The notes beneath the pieces were generated by a model. That model saw only the letters and a program-made list of their open reading frames with translations, was not told the DNA's origin and ran no database searches. A DNA stretch of 64,000 bases from assembly GCA_002269645.1 (NCBI GenBank), contig NIVC01003664.1, positions 1 to 64,000 of the forward strand, in the 5' to 3' direction. This DNA is from Macrostomum lignano (lineage: Eukaryota). The position numbers and the translations under genes were made by a program. Shown here one piece after another: positions 27,321-39,800 of this stretch (position 1 is the first letter of the stretch; each line of letters begins with the position of its first letter).

Positions 27321-27704
27321 GCTAAAAGCCGGGTCTCAGTTTTACAATCTCACTTCAATTTATATCTCACGCCACTCACTCCTCTGACCTGTCAATCTCC
27401 CATTTTCACTTCAACCCCTCTTCAATTCGCAAACGCTTCACTTCCTGTATGCCTCCTTAAAAACTCCTTAAAATTCTGAGCTATTCATCACTTTAGTGTA
27501 AATTTCTGTAGAAGAAGCGATAGGACAGGAAAATGCTGTTTTTGTGACCGATGGAACAGAAGCTTAGTCTCAATAACTGTTCTCTTAAGTCTTGAAAATA
27601 TAAAGTGTGACTGTTGAAAATCCTTTCCATACCGGTAAATAAAACCAAATTTCAATTGGTCGTCAACCCACGTACCCTGCGAAATGAATTTTATATTCTT
27701 TAGA

Positions 27705-28270
27705 CTAGCCAAATTAGCAATCCATTCTATTCCTGCATCCGTGATATTGGCTAGAATAGCAATCCATTTAATTCCTGCACCCGTGATGTCGGTTAGATTA
27801 GCAATCCATTCCATTCCTGCATCCGTGATGTCGGCTAGATTAGCAATCCATTCCATTCCTGCATCCGTGATATTGGCTAGATTAGCAATCCATTCTATTC
27901 CTGCATCCGTGATATTGGCTAGATTAGCAATCCATTCTATTCCTGCATCCGTGATATTGGCTAGATTAGCAATCCATTCTATTCCTGCATCCGTGATATT
28001 GGCTAGATTAGCAATCCATTCTATTCCTGCTTCCGTGATGTTGGCTAGATTAGCAATCCATTCTATTCCTGCATCCGTGATATTGGCTAGATTAGCAATC
28101 CATTCTATTCCTGCATCCGTGATGTTGGCTAGATTAGCAATCCATTCTATTCCTGCATCCGTGATATTGGCTAGATTAGCAATCCATTCTATTCCTGCAT
28201 CCGTGATATTGGCTAGATTAGCAATCCATTCTATTCCTGCATCCGTGATGTTGGCTAGATTAGCAATCCA
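27705..28270. repeat. 42-bp minisatellite (GGCTAGATTAGCAATCCATTCTATTCCTGCATCCGTGATATT)n, ~13 copies
   Basis: Direct; 14-aa period in the ORF track. Confidence 0.95.
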
Positions 28271-28864
28271 TTATTTTTACTAGAGACAGAATGCAGATCT
28301 GAGGACGGCAAGCAGAGTAATGATAGCTGGCTTCGCCTGCTCCGAGAAGCCTTCTAAAAGCGGCAATCCGATCACTCTCTCTTCCCTTTTTCGCGAGCCA
28401 GAGCACAGCAGCTGATGACTCATGCTGCGGAGATCGGAGATGCGCAGGCTGGCAGGTGCGGAACCCGTGGGATAAATGAGCATTATCGAAAAGACAATGC
28501 TCGCTCGTGTTCCGCATCAGAGTCAGCTGCTCTCACCCAAGCCTTTCATCAAACTTTCTTTTTTCTTTTTGAGACTTTTTTGAGATGAAAAAAGCTGACT
28601 GGAGAAATTCCTGCCAGCGGAAATCGCGGTAGACCCACCCCGATGCCTTTAGAGCGCCGCGCCTGCCGTGACCCGAGTAGAACTCGGACAATTCCGTGCT
28701 AACTTTTAATTACATTTTCCACGAATTCGAAGCTGCTTCAGTTTTAATTCTATTATGGAGACTCGGCGCTACTCAAGCGCATCATTTTGTGCCTTGAATT
28801 TGCTTTGAATCTGACCGGTCACTGATTATGGGTCTGGGGCGGCTGCAGATCCGGGAATTGTGCA

Positions 28865-31578
28865 TTGGCTGAGGGAGTGACATTGAGGATCTGGGTGAGG
28901 GAGTGGCATTGAGGATCTGGGTGAGGGAGTGACATTGAGGATCTGGGTGAGGGAGTGACATTGAGGATCTGGGCGAGGGAGTGAAATTGAGTGAGGGAGT
29001 GACATTGAGGATCTGGGTGAGGGAGTGGCATTGAGGATCTGGGTGAGGGAGTGGCATTGAGGATCTGGGTGAGGGAGTGACATTGAGGATCTGGGTGAGG
29101 GAGTGACATTGAGGATCTGGGCGAGGGAGTGAAATTGAGTGAGGGAGTGACATTGAGGATCTGGGTGAGGGAGTGGCATTGAGGATCTGGGTGAGGGAGT
29201 GGCATTGAGGATCTGGGTGAGGGAGTGACATTGAGGATCTGGGTGAGGGAGTGACATTGAGGATCTGGGCGAGGGAGTGAAATTGAGTGAGGGAGTGACA
29301 TTGAGGATCTGGGTGAGGGAGTGGCATTGAGGATCTGGGTGAGGGAGTGGCATTGAGGATCTGGGTGAGGGAGTGACATTGAGGATCTGGGTGAGGGAGT
29401 GGCATTGAGGATCTGAGTGAGGGAGTGACATTGATGATCTGGGTGAGGGAGTGACATTGAGGATCTGGGTGAGGGAGTGGCATTGAGGATCTGGGTGAGG
29501 GAGTGGCATTGAGGATCTGGGTGAGGGAGTGACATTGAGGATCTGGGTGAGGGAGTGACATTGAGGATCTGGGCGAGGGAGTGAAATTGAGTGAGGGAGT
29601 GACATTGAGGATCTGGGTGAGGGAGTGGCATTGAGGATCTGGGTGAGGGAGTGGCATTGAGGATCTGGGTGAGGGAGTGACATTGAGGATCTGGGTGAGG
29701 GAGTGACATTGAGGATCTGGGCGAGGGAGTGAAATTGAGTGAGGGAGTGACATTGAGGATCTGGGTGAGGGAGTGGCATTGAGGATCTGGGTGAGGGAGT
29801 GGCATTGAGGATCTGGGTGAGGGAGTGACATTGAGGATCTGGGTGAGGGAGTGACATTGAGGATCTGGGCGAGGGAGTGAAATTGAGTGAGGGAGTGACA
29901 TTGAGGATCTGGGTGAGGGAGTGGCATTGAGGATCTGGGTGAGGGAGTGGCATTGAGGATCTGGGTGAGGGAGTGACATTGAGGATCTGGGTGAGGGAGT
30001 GGCATTGAGGATCTGAGTGAGGGAGTGACATTGATGATCTGGGTGAGGGAGTGACATTGAGGATCTGGGTGAGGGAGTGGCATTGAGGATCTGGGTGAGG
30101 GAGTGGCATTGAGGATCTGGGTGAGGGAGTGACATTGAGGATCTGGGTGAGGGAGTGACATTGAGGATCTGGGCGAGGGAGTGAAATTGAGTGAGGGAGT
30201 GACATTGAGGATCTGGGTGAGGGAGTGGCATTGAGGATCTGGGTGAGGGAGTGGCATTGAGGATCTGGGTGAGGGAGTGACATTGAGGATCTGGGTGAGG
30301 GAGTGACATTGAGGATCTGGGCGAGGGAGTGAAATTGAGTGAGGGAGTGACATTGAGGATCTGGGTGAGGGAGTGGCATTGAGGATCTGGGTGAGGGAGT
30401 GGCATTGAGGATCTGGGTGAGGGAGTGACATTGAGGATCTGGGTGAGGGAGTGGCATTGAGGATCTGAGTGAGGGAGTGACATTGATGATCTGGGTGAGG
30501 GAGTGACATTGAGAATCTGGGTGAGGGAGTGACATTGATGATCTGGGTGAGGGAGTGGCATTGATGATCTGGCTGAGGGAGTGACATTGAGGATCTGAGT
30601 GAGGGAGTGGCATTGAGGATCTGAGTGAGGGAGTGACATTGATGATCTGGGTGAGGGAGTGGCATTGAGGATCTGGGTGAGGGAGTGACATTGAGGATCT
30701 GGGTGAGGGAGTGGCATTGAGGATCTGAGTGAGGGAGTGACATTGATGATCTGGGTGAGGGAGTGACATTGAGAATCTGGGTGAGGGAGTGACATTGAGG
30801 ATCTGGGTGAGGGAGTGGCATTGATGATCTGGGTGAGGGAGTGACATTGAGGATCTGAGTGAGGGAGTGGCATTGAGGATCTGAGTGAGGGAGTGACATT
30901 GATGATCTGGGTGAGGGAGTGACATTGAGAATCTGGGTGAGGGAGTGACATTGAGGATCTGGGTGTGGGAGTGACATTGAGGATCTGGGTGAGGGAGTGG
31001 CATTGAGGATCTGGGTGAGGGAGTGACATTGAGAATCTGGGTGAGGGAGTGGCATTGAGGATCTGGGTGAGGGAGTGACATTGAGGATCTGGGTGAGGGA
31101 GTGACATTAAGGATCTGGGTGAGGGAGTGACATTGAGGATCTGGGTGAGGGAGTGACATTGAGGATCTGGGTGAGGGAGTGACATTGAGGATCTGGGTGA
31201 GGGAGTGACATTGAGAATCTGGGTGAGGGAGTGACATTGAGAATCTGGGTGAGGGAGTGACATTGAGGATCTGGGTGAGGGAGTGACATTAAGGATCTGG
31301 GTGAGGGAGTGACATTGAGAATCTGGGTGAGGGAGTGACATTGAGGATCTGGGTGAGGGAGTGACATTGAGGATCTGGGTGAGGGAGTGACATTGAGAAT
31401 CTGGGTGAGGGAGTGACATTGAGAATCTGGGTGAGGGAGTGACATTGAGGATCCGAGTGAGGGAGTGAAATTGAGGATCCGAGTGAGGGAGTGACATTGA
31501 GGATCCGAGTGAGGGAGTGAAATTGAGGATCCGAGTGAGGGAGTGACATTGGTGATTTTGGTGAAGGAGTGACATTGA
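28865..31578. repeat. 26-bp minisatellite (GAGGGAGTGACATTGAGGATCTGGGT)n with higher-order structure, ~2.7 kb
   Basis: Direct; an 18-bp truncated variant recurs at 148/148/304-bp spacing (600-bp period). Confidence 0.97.
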
Positions 31579-32077
31579 GAAAACGTTTATACCTTTAAGT
31601 CTAGGCGAGCACCTTTATTTTGCAAGCAAGCAAGATGCACAAGTAATGTCCGAGAGGGCATAAACAGGGTCAACAAACCGGCCATGATCATCAGCAGAGT
31701 TGGGGAATGTATTGCCTGTGTGAGTCGAATTGAATTGAGGAGGTTGTGTCACATCAGAGAGCATTTGACAACAATTGAGTCTCTGATTGCCTCCGCGGCT
31801 CGCAGCTCCTAAGACCCAATTGGGCAAGAAATCCCAGACAGTAAATTAATTTGCATCGATTCGACATGGCCATTTATCCAAGAGCATCCAATGCATTCTG
31901 TTCACTTGTATACCAGTTCCAAGTATGAAGTGGGCTACCGGTCATGCAGTTTACCTAATCGGAATAACAAGTATGCACTGAGACCTGCTCAAGGAAGTGA
32001 CGATACCGAGAAAAATGGACAAATAGGCTTTGTAATAGTTGCCCTACTCTTCAATAAACAGGAGTCTTCACTTAACA

Positions 32078-32815
32078 GCCACCTCACTCCACAGCCACCT
32101 CACTTCACATCCACCTCACTCCACAGCCACCTCGCTCCATATCCACATCATTCCATATCTACCTCACTCCACAGCCACCTCACTCCACAGCCACCTCACT
32201 CCACAGCCACCTCGCTCCACAGCCACCTCACTCCACAGCCACCTCACTCCACAGCCACCTCGCTCCATATCCACATCATTCCATATCTACCTCACTCCAC
32301 AGCCACCTCACTCCACAGCCACCTCGCTCCACAGCCACCTCACTCCACAGCCACCTCACTCCACAGCCACCTCGCTCCACAGCCACCTCACTCCACAGCC
32401 ACCTCACTCCACAGCCACCTCGCTCCACAGCCACCTCACTCCACAGCCACCTCACTCCACAGCCACCTCACTCCACAGCCACCTCACTCCACAGCCACCT
32501 TGCTCCACAGCCACCTCACTCCACAGCCACCTCGCTCCACAGCCACCTCACTCTACAGCCACCTCATTTCCACACCCACCTCACTTTACAGCCACCTCAC
32601 TCCACAGCCACCTCACTCCACAGCCACCTTACACCACAGCCACCTCACTCCACAGCCACCTCACTCTACAGCCACCTCATTTCCACACCACATCACTACA
32701 CAGCCACCTCACTCTACAGCCACCTCATTTCCACACCACATCACTACACAGCCACCTCACTCTACAGCCACCTCATTTCCACACCACATCACTCCACAGC
32801 CACCTCACTCACCAC
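32078..32815. repeat. 16-bp minisatellite (CACCTCACTCCACAGC)n
   Basis: Direct, degenerate at the ends. Confidence 0.93.
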
Positions 32816-33735
32816 ACCGGGAGCAGTCGTCACAACTTTGTCATCTTTGTCATCATAGCTACTAGAAATAAAATATAAAACAGAATCAGTCATCGCGCCG
32901 ATATTGCTAAAAGCCAGACTGCCAGTTGCAATCAGAGCTACAGCTCATTCAGACGCTGCCCACTCGATGGCCGGTCAAGTTCAGGTCAGAATTAGCAGCG
33001 CCTTCGCTGCAGTTTGTTGCTGACTAAGGCTGCAGCTGCCGCTGCTTCTGCTTGAGCTGTCTCGAAGGAACGAGCAGAGATCTCTAGAGAAAGAGACGAT
33101 TCGGGCACTAATGGCGGCTAGAAGATGGGGGAGAAGAGAGAGAGCGAGGCTGCGCAGCAACGCCCCAAATTGAGCCACTCGAGTTTGCGGCGGCCCATAC
33201 CCCGGGCCTCGATCCCCTTCCTCACAAATACTTCCCCCCCCCCCAGAGGATCGCGAGCTCTCGAGTGTCGGGTAGCCGGGAGCCGGAGCCGCCGCGCTCT
33301 CTGGTTAAAGGATCCGAGAGAAGGCTTCACCAAGGTTGGCCAATTGCTCCCAGCGGGTGCTGTGCGCGCGAGTGCTTGAAGAAGCAAAGTCGGTGGACTG
33401 TCTAGCCAGCTAGTATGGTCGAGATTTTTTGAGCTGGCAAAAATAAAAGCGATCATTGTGCCGACTTGTTTTGACTGCCAGCTTGGCTCCACAGGGCAGA
33501 CTTGTGTACGAGCACAGTTCCTATGTACACTTGAGACCTTCAAGACTTTCAACAATTCATCTAAACATTTTGGATTCCTCTGGAAAAGCAATAGCCTAAC
33601 TTGATATTTCAACGTACTTTAATGTACACTAAAAGTGTTTATTCAATAGAACCGGTGAAAAAGAAGCTGGTTGAAATGCTTGATTGATGAATGTGCTTCG
33701 AGAGTGAGTAAGAGTGCAGTAAAGAGGAGGCTGCA

Positions 33736-34650
33736 GAGTGAGGTGGGTGCAGGAGTGAGGTGGGTGCAGGAATGAGGTGGGTGCAGGAGTGAGGTGGGTG
33801 CAGGAGTGAGGTGGGTGCAGGAATGAGGTGGGTGCAGGAATGAGGTGGGTGCAGGAATGAGGTGGGTGCAGGAGTGAGGTGGGTGCAGGAGTGAGGTGGG
33901 TGCAGGAGTGAGGTGGGTGCAGGAGTGAGGTGGGTGCAGGAGTGAGGTGGGTGCAGGAATGAGGTGGGTGCAGGAATGAGGTGGGTGCAGGAGTGAGGTG
34001 GGTGCAGGAGTGAGGTGGGTGCAGGAGTGAGGTGGGTGCAGGAGTGAGGTGGGTGCAGGAGTGAGATGGGTGCAGGAGTGAGATGGGTGCAGGAGTGAGA
34101 TGGGTGCAGGAGTGAGGTGGGTGCAGGAGTGAGGTGGGTGCAGGAGTGAGATGGGTGCAGGAGTGAGGTGGGTGCAGGAGTGAGGTGGGTGCAGGAGTGA
34201 GGTGGGTGCAGGAGTGAGATGGGTGCAGGAGTGAGGTGGGTGCAGGAGTGAGGTGGGTGCAGGAGTGAGGTGGGTGCAGGAGTGAGGTGGGTGCAGGAGT
34301 GAGGTGGGTGCAGGAGTGAGGTGGGTGCAGGAGTGAGATGGGTGCAGGAGTGAGGTGGGTGCAGGAGTGAGGTGGGTGCAGGAGTGAGGTGGGTGCAGGA
34401 GTGAGATGGGTGCAGGAGTGAGGTGGGTGCAGGAGTGAGGTGGGTGCAGGAGTGAGATGGGTGCAGGAGTGAGATGGGTGCAGGAGTGAGGTGGGTGCAG
34501 GAGTGAGGTGGGTACAGGAGTGAGGTGGGTGCAGGAGTGAGGTGGGTGCAGGAATGAGGTGGGTGCAGGAGTGATATGGGTGCAGGAGTGAGGTGGGTGC
34601 AGGAGTGAGGTGGGTGCAGGAGTGAGGTGGGTGCAGGAGTGAGATGGGTA
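33736..34650. repeat. 17-bp minisatellite (GAGGTGGGTGCAGGAGT)n, ~53 copies
   Basis: Direct. Confidence 0.97.
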
Positions 34651-34949
34651 TTGCAGTGAGGTGGAAGTGAGAATGGTTTTAGTTCGACACAAAAATTTCT
34701 GTCAAATTTCTGCCAAAATTTGGCAAAAGAAGAATTGAATTTGCACTTTAAAGTCAAATTTTAATCAGCAAAAGCTCGCAGAGCATTGAGAAAAAAAGCA
34801 AAAAAAAACTTGGACCATGAACAGTCCACTTCCCGTAGTCGTGTATTTGCGGTTGCAAAATTACCAGTGAAAAAAATTTGTTCAAACCCAACTGATCAAA
34901 AAACGCATTTTTATACGAGATGTAAAAAACGGACGGACGCCTGCGCGGG

Positions 34950-35399
34950 TCACCAGGTCGATGCGAATGGCTGCCGCAGCTCGACACAGTGCCTCTGCCG
35001 CGCCTGGCTCAGCTGAGCAATCTGCTGATCGTCCTTCTGCTCCAGCAGGTCGCAGCACTGCCGCTTCCAGGCTCTGGCCATCTCGCGCCACCTGACCGCT
35101 TCGCATTTCCACTGCCTGGCCGCCTCTCTGCAGCGCTGCGTCTCCCGGTGCCAGTCAGTCAGCTGCTCCCGCGCTTTGCGCAGCTCCGCCTGCGTCAGGC
35201 CGCTCCGCTCCCGCCAGTGGCTGGCGCTGCGCGCCGCCTCAAAAGTCTGCTGCTGAAGACTGAGCGCCTCCCTGCGCCACTTCTCCCGGCTTCGCTTCCA
35301 CCGGTGGATGCAGTCCTTCCAGTTGACGCTGTCCGACTGCAGCTGCTGCCGATGCTCCTGGAGGTCGTCGACAGGGCCGCAGTAGTCCGGCTCGAACAT
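34950..35399 (-). CDS. 149-aa uncharacterised Trp-rich coiled-coil protein
   Basis: GC-rich ORF in AT-richer flanks, in-frame stop just upstream of the ATG, AG acceptor ~30 nt upstream; W27/34/41/62/83/97/104/111 all share one heptad position. Confidence 0.7.
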   Translation of the reverse strand: MFEPDYCGPVDDLQEHRQQLQSDSVNWKDCIHRWKRSREKWRREALSLQQQTFEAARSASHWRERSGLTQAELRKAREQLTDWHRETQRCREAARQWKCEAVRWREMARAWKRQCCDLLEQKDDQQIAQLSQARQRHCVELRQPFASTW

Positions 35400-35739
35400 T
35401 GCTGCGATGGCACTTCAGCTGTTTCAGTCTAATGAAAATGGCTGCACAGTGAGGGAGTTCCTGTCGGCCGTTTTGCGCTGCCTATCGCTGATTAATTCAC
35501 ATCTGGCTGCAGATTGACAGCTCTGGCTTCTCAGGGAAACACTTTTAGCCATAGACTAAAATAGAGGGCTGCAAAAACTTACCGTGCCTTTGGTATTTAT
35601 TCTTCTGGAATCTCTTTGGCCGATTTTCTTATCAAGTATCCATGTTAATTAGCCGTCCATGGCTGAGCCAGCGAGTTGCGTCTTAATATATATTTGAGAT
35701 TCTGAGTTTAAATTTTAGCTCTGGGTTTGGGATGCTAGG

Positions 35740-35955
35740 TTGGGATTCTGGATTGGGATTCTGAATTGGGATTGTAGATTGGGATTCTGGATTGGGATTC
35801 TGGATTAGGATTCTGGATTGGGATTCTGGATTGGGATTCTTGATGGGGATTCTGGATGGGGATTCTGGATTGGGATTCTGGATGGGGATTCTGGATGGGG
35901 ATTCTGGATGGGGATTCTGGATGGGGATTCTGGATTGGGATTCTGGATTGGGATT
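35740..35955. repeat. 13-bp minisatellite (GGATTCTGGATKG)n
   Basis: Direct. Confidence 0.92.
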
Positions 35956-36513
35956 TAGAACCGTAGGTTAGTGTTTTTGATTTAAACATATTGTTCGCAT
36001 TTCACAGCATTTGGGATGCACGAAAAACCATTGAGATAAAATCAAAGCCATTATTTAATGTGATTCAAATTGATTAAGGAAAAGCATAATCTTAAAATAA
36101 TATTATTATTTTATTTAAATATAATTTCGAACTTTGAAAATGATTCAAAATATAAATAAATGGATTAAGAAGGGCGCTTTATTGCGAATGGTGGCTGTCT
36201 GGGGAATCAACAAAAGGCGGAACACGACAGAATCAAACTTATTACGTAATAAAGAAAATTCAACGATTCAACTAAGTAAGGAGCGGTGAAAATGAAGTTG
36301 TCCGCAACAAAACAACCAAGTACTACAGTTGGACAGAAATATTACATAAAAAGCTAATATGTCTACTAACAGCAGTCTGTAGCGATTTTTTATCAACAAA
36401 GTGCAATAACAGTTGAAATCAACCCGCTGCATCCATTGCCAGCCAATAGGAAATTAAAATGCGCGAAAGTTTGCTAAAGTTCGAAAGTTCGATTCCTAGT
36501 GCAGTCACATTAA

Positions 36514-36860
36514 TTTTGGGGCTAAATTGGAATCTCGGCTTGGCTCTGCTCGTGCAATTAACGGTCTTGAGGGTCAACTCCCAAGGCACAGTGAAGTGTA
36601 CATGCTTAGCCGATGTACACCCTGAGTGAGCGTGTGTACAAGTGCGTGCCTGCGAACAGTCCTTCGGCGACATCGTCACACAACCAGCGCTGTAGACAAG
36701 CGCGCCAATACTGAACGCAGGCGCGCACTCATACACACGATCACTCAGGGTGTACATCGGCCAAGCATGTACACTCTCTGTGCCCTGGGGGGGGGGGTTG
36801 ACCCTCATGACCGTGAATTGCACGACAACCCAACAGCCAATTTGCACACAAGCCCCAAAA
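36514..36860. mobile_element. palindromic MITE/foldback element, ~340 bp, just 3' of the SSADH stop
   Basis: Left arm gtgcaattaacggtcttgagggtcaac..aaggcacag..gtgtacatgcttagccgatgtacaccctgagtga is the inverse of the right arm; ends TTTTGGGGCT / AGCCCCAAAA; possible TAA TSD. Related copies at ~1.2, 2.8 and 5.1 kb. Confidence 0.8.
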
Positions 36861-36897
36861 TAACCCAACAGTGACGCTCTGGAGTTGCTGCTCCTGG

Positions 36898-39800
36898 TTA
36901 AGCCAAGTTCAGCACGACAGTCTTGAGGTTGAGGTACTCCTCGATGCCGTAGCCCACGCCGGACTCGCTGCCCAGCCCCGACTCGTTCCAGCCTCCGAAC
37001 GGGGCGATGCAGGAGCTCACCATGGACTCGTTGACCCCGACCATGCCAACATTGAGCTGCTCCGCCACTCGCCAGCACTGTCCGACATCGGCCGAGTAGA
37101 AATAACCGGCCAGCCCCACTCGACAGTCGTTCGCCAGTTCGACAACATCCGCCTCGCTGTCGAACTCGAACGCGGCAACAAGCGGGCCGAAAATCTCCTC
37201 GCGAAAGCAGGCGGAGTCGCGGCCCAGGCCCGACACCACCGTCGGTTGGAAAAAGTGGCCGGCGCCGCTGCCGACCTTGACCGACTGGCCGCCGGCGAGC
37301 ACCCGGCCGCCGCGCTGCTTGGCGTCAGCCAGGAGCCGCTCCAGCTTCGACTCGGCGGCCGCGTTGATCAGCGGGCCCAGTTGAGTGCCCGCCTGCACGG
37401 TTGGGGGAGGGGTTGGTGCAATTCCCCCCTCTGACCGCTTGTGCAATTCCCCCTCTGACCGCTTGTGCGATTCCCCCTCTGACCGCTTGTGCAATTCCCC
37501 TCTGACCCCTTATCAAATTCTCCTTGATTGCTTGTGCTAAATTGCTTCCTCATGAGGCCGTGAGCACTTGAGGCAATTCCCCAGCAACCCAACAGCCAAC
37601 AAACCTCGAAGCCATCGCCAACTTTCATTTCGGCAACCCGTTCGCACAGCTTAGCCAGAAACTTTTGGCTAACGCGGCGCTGCAAGAAAATCCGGTTGGG
37701 ACAAACGCAAGTCTGGCCCGTGTTGCGAAATTTGGCCTGAATGAGGCCAGCCACCTGCGGTGAATAGGGGGAAATGTTTTGCTAGAAATAAATTTGTTCA
37801 GACAGTGATAACTTGAAATTTGATACGAGGTAAACAAAAAATTATAGTTTTTTTCCGTCTTTGACAAGTTATACATACTTGAAAACAGTGTAAACATTGC
37901 AGAGATGGTGGAAGTTTCGAGCCTATGTGAAGATTTTAGATTGTGTGAAGATTTGAGTTTCTGAAGATTTGAGTTTGTGTGAAGATTTGAGTTTCTGAAG
38001 ATTTGAGTTTGTGTGAAGATTTGAGTTTGTGTGAAGATTTGAGTTTTGTGAAGATTTGAGTTTTGTGAAGATTTAAGTTTGTGTGAAGATTTTAATTTTT
38101 GTGAAAATTAGAGTTTGTGTGAAAATTTGAGCTTGTGTGAAGATTTTTGTGTGAAGATTAGAATTTGTGTGAAGATTTGAGTTTGTGTGAAGATTTGAGT
38201 TTGTGTGAAGATTCGAGCTTGTGTGAAGATTTGAGTTTGTGTGAAGATTTGAGTTTGTGTGAAGATTTGAGTTTGTGTGAAGATTTAAGTTTGTGTGAAA
38301 ATTTGAATTTATGTGAAGATTCGAGCTTGTGTGAAGATTTGAGCTTGTGTGAAGATTAGAGCTTGTGTGAAGATTTGAGTTTGTGTGAAGATTTGAGCTT
38401 GTGTGAAGATTTGAGCTTGTGTGAAGATTTGAGTTTGTGTGAAGATTAGAGCTTGTGTGAAGATTTTGGGCTTGTGTGGAGATTTGAGCTTTTTGTGAAG
38501 ATTTGAGCTTGTGTGAAGATTCGAGCTTGTGTGAAGATTATAGCTTGTGTGAAGATTTGAGTTTGTGTAAAGATTTGAGTTTGTGTGAAGATTTGAGTTT
38601 GTGTAAAGAAAAACATCCCTCCCCCCCAAAAAATCTCACAGCCTTGTCAACATCGGCCGAATCGAACACAATAAACGGAGCATTGCCGCCGAGCTCCATA
38701 GTGACTCGCTTCACCGTACTGGAGGCCTGTGCCAGCAGCAGCTTGCCCGTGTCCGTGCTGCCGGTGAAGCTCACGTGCTTCACGGCCGGGTCGGTGGTCA
38801 GAACTCGGCCAACTTCGGCAGCTCGGCTTCGCGAGCACGTGACCACATTGAGGGCACCTGGCGGCAGCAGGGCGTCGGCGGCCAGTTGGCACAGGGCCAG
38901 GGCCGTCAGCGGTGTGTCCTCGGCCGGCTTGATCACCACCGTGCAGCCGGCGGCGAGGGCGGCGCCAGCCTTCCGGGTGATCATGGCGGCGGGGAAATTC
39001 CACGGGGTGATCATGCCGCACACGCCTGCGGTTGGGGTTCAGGGGAGGTCAAGCTCTAGGTAAGGCGCCAGTGACCCAGTGACAGGTCAGGCACACCAGT
39101 AACCCAATGACAGGTCAGGCACACCAGTGACCCAATGACAGGTCAGGCACACCAGTAACCCAATGACAGGTCAGGCACATCAGTGACCCAATGACAGGTC
39201 AGGCACATCAGTGACCCAATGACAGGTCAGGCACATCAGTGACCCAATGACAGGTCAGGCACATCAGTGACCCAATGACAGGTCAGGCACACCAGTAACC
39301 CAATGACAGGTCAGGCACACCAGTGACCCAATGACAGGTCAGGCACACCAGTGACCCAATGACAGGTCAGGCACACCAGTAACCCAATGACAGGTCAGGC
39401 ACACCAGTGACCCAATGACAGGTCAGGCACATCAGTGACCCAATGACAGGTCAGGCACACCAGTAACCCAATGACAGGTCAGGCACACCAGTGACCCAAT
39501 GACAGGTCAGGCACACCAGTGACCCAATGACAGGTCAGGCACACCACTGACCCAATGACAGGTCAGGCACACCAGTGACCCAATGACAGGTCAGGCACAC
39601 CACTGACCCAATGACAGGTCAGGCACACCAGTGACCCAATGACAGGTCAGGCACACCAGTGACCCAATGACAGGTCAGGCACACCAGTGACCCAATGACA
39701 GGTCAGGCACACCAGTGACCCAATGACAGGTCAGGCACACCAGTGACCCAATGACAGGTCAGGCACACCACTGACCCAATGACAGGTCAGGCACACCAGT

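Noticed and set aside
28782-31575. 757-918 aa ORFs
   Set aside because: All three minus frames are open because the 26-bp unit has no stop; minisatellite artefact.
31610-31990. Unique coding-like stretch between minisatellites
   Set aside because: No sustained frame, recognisable domain or splice-consistent exon.
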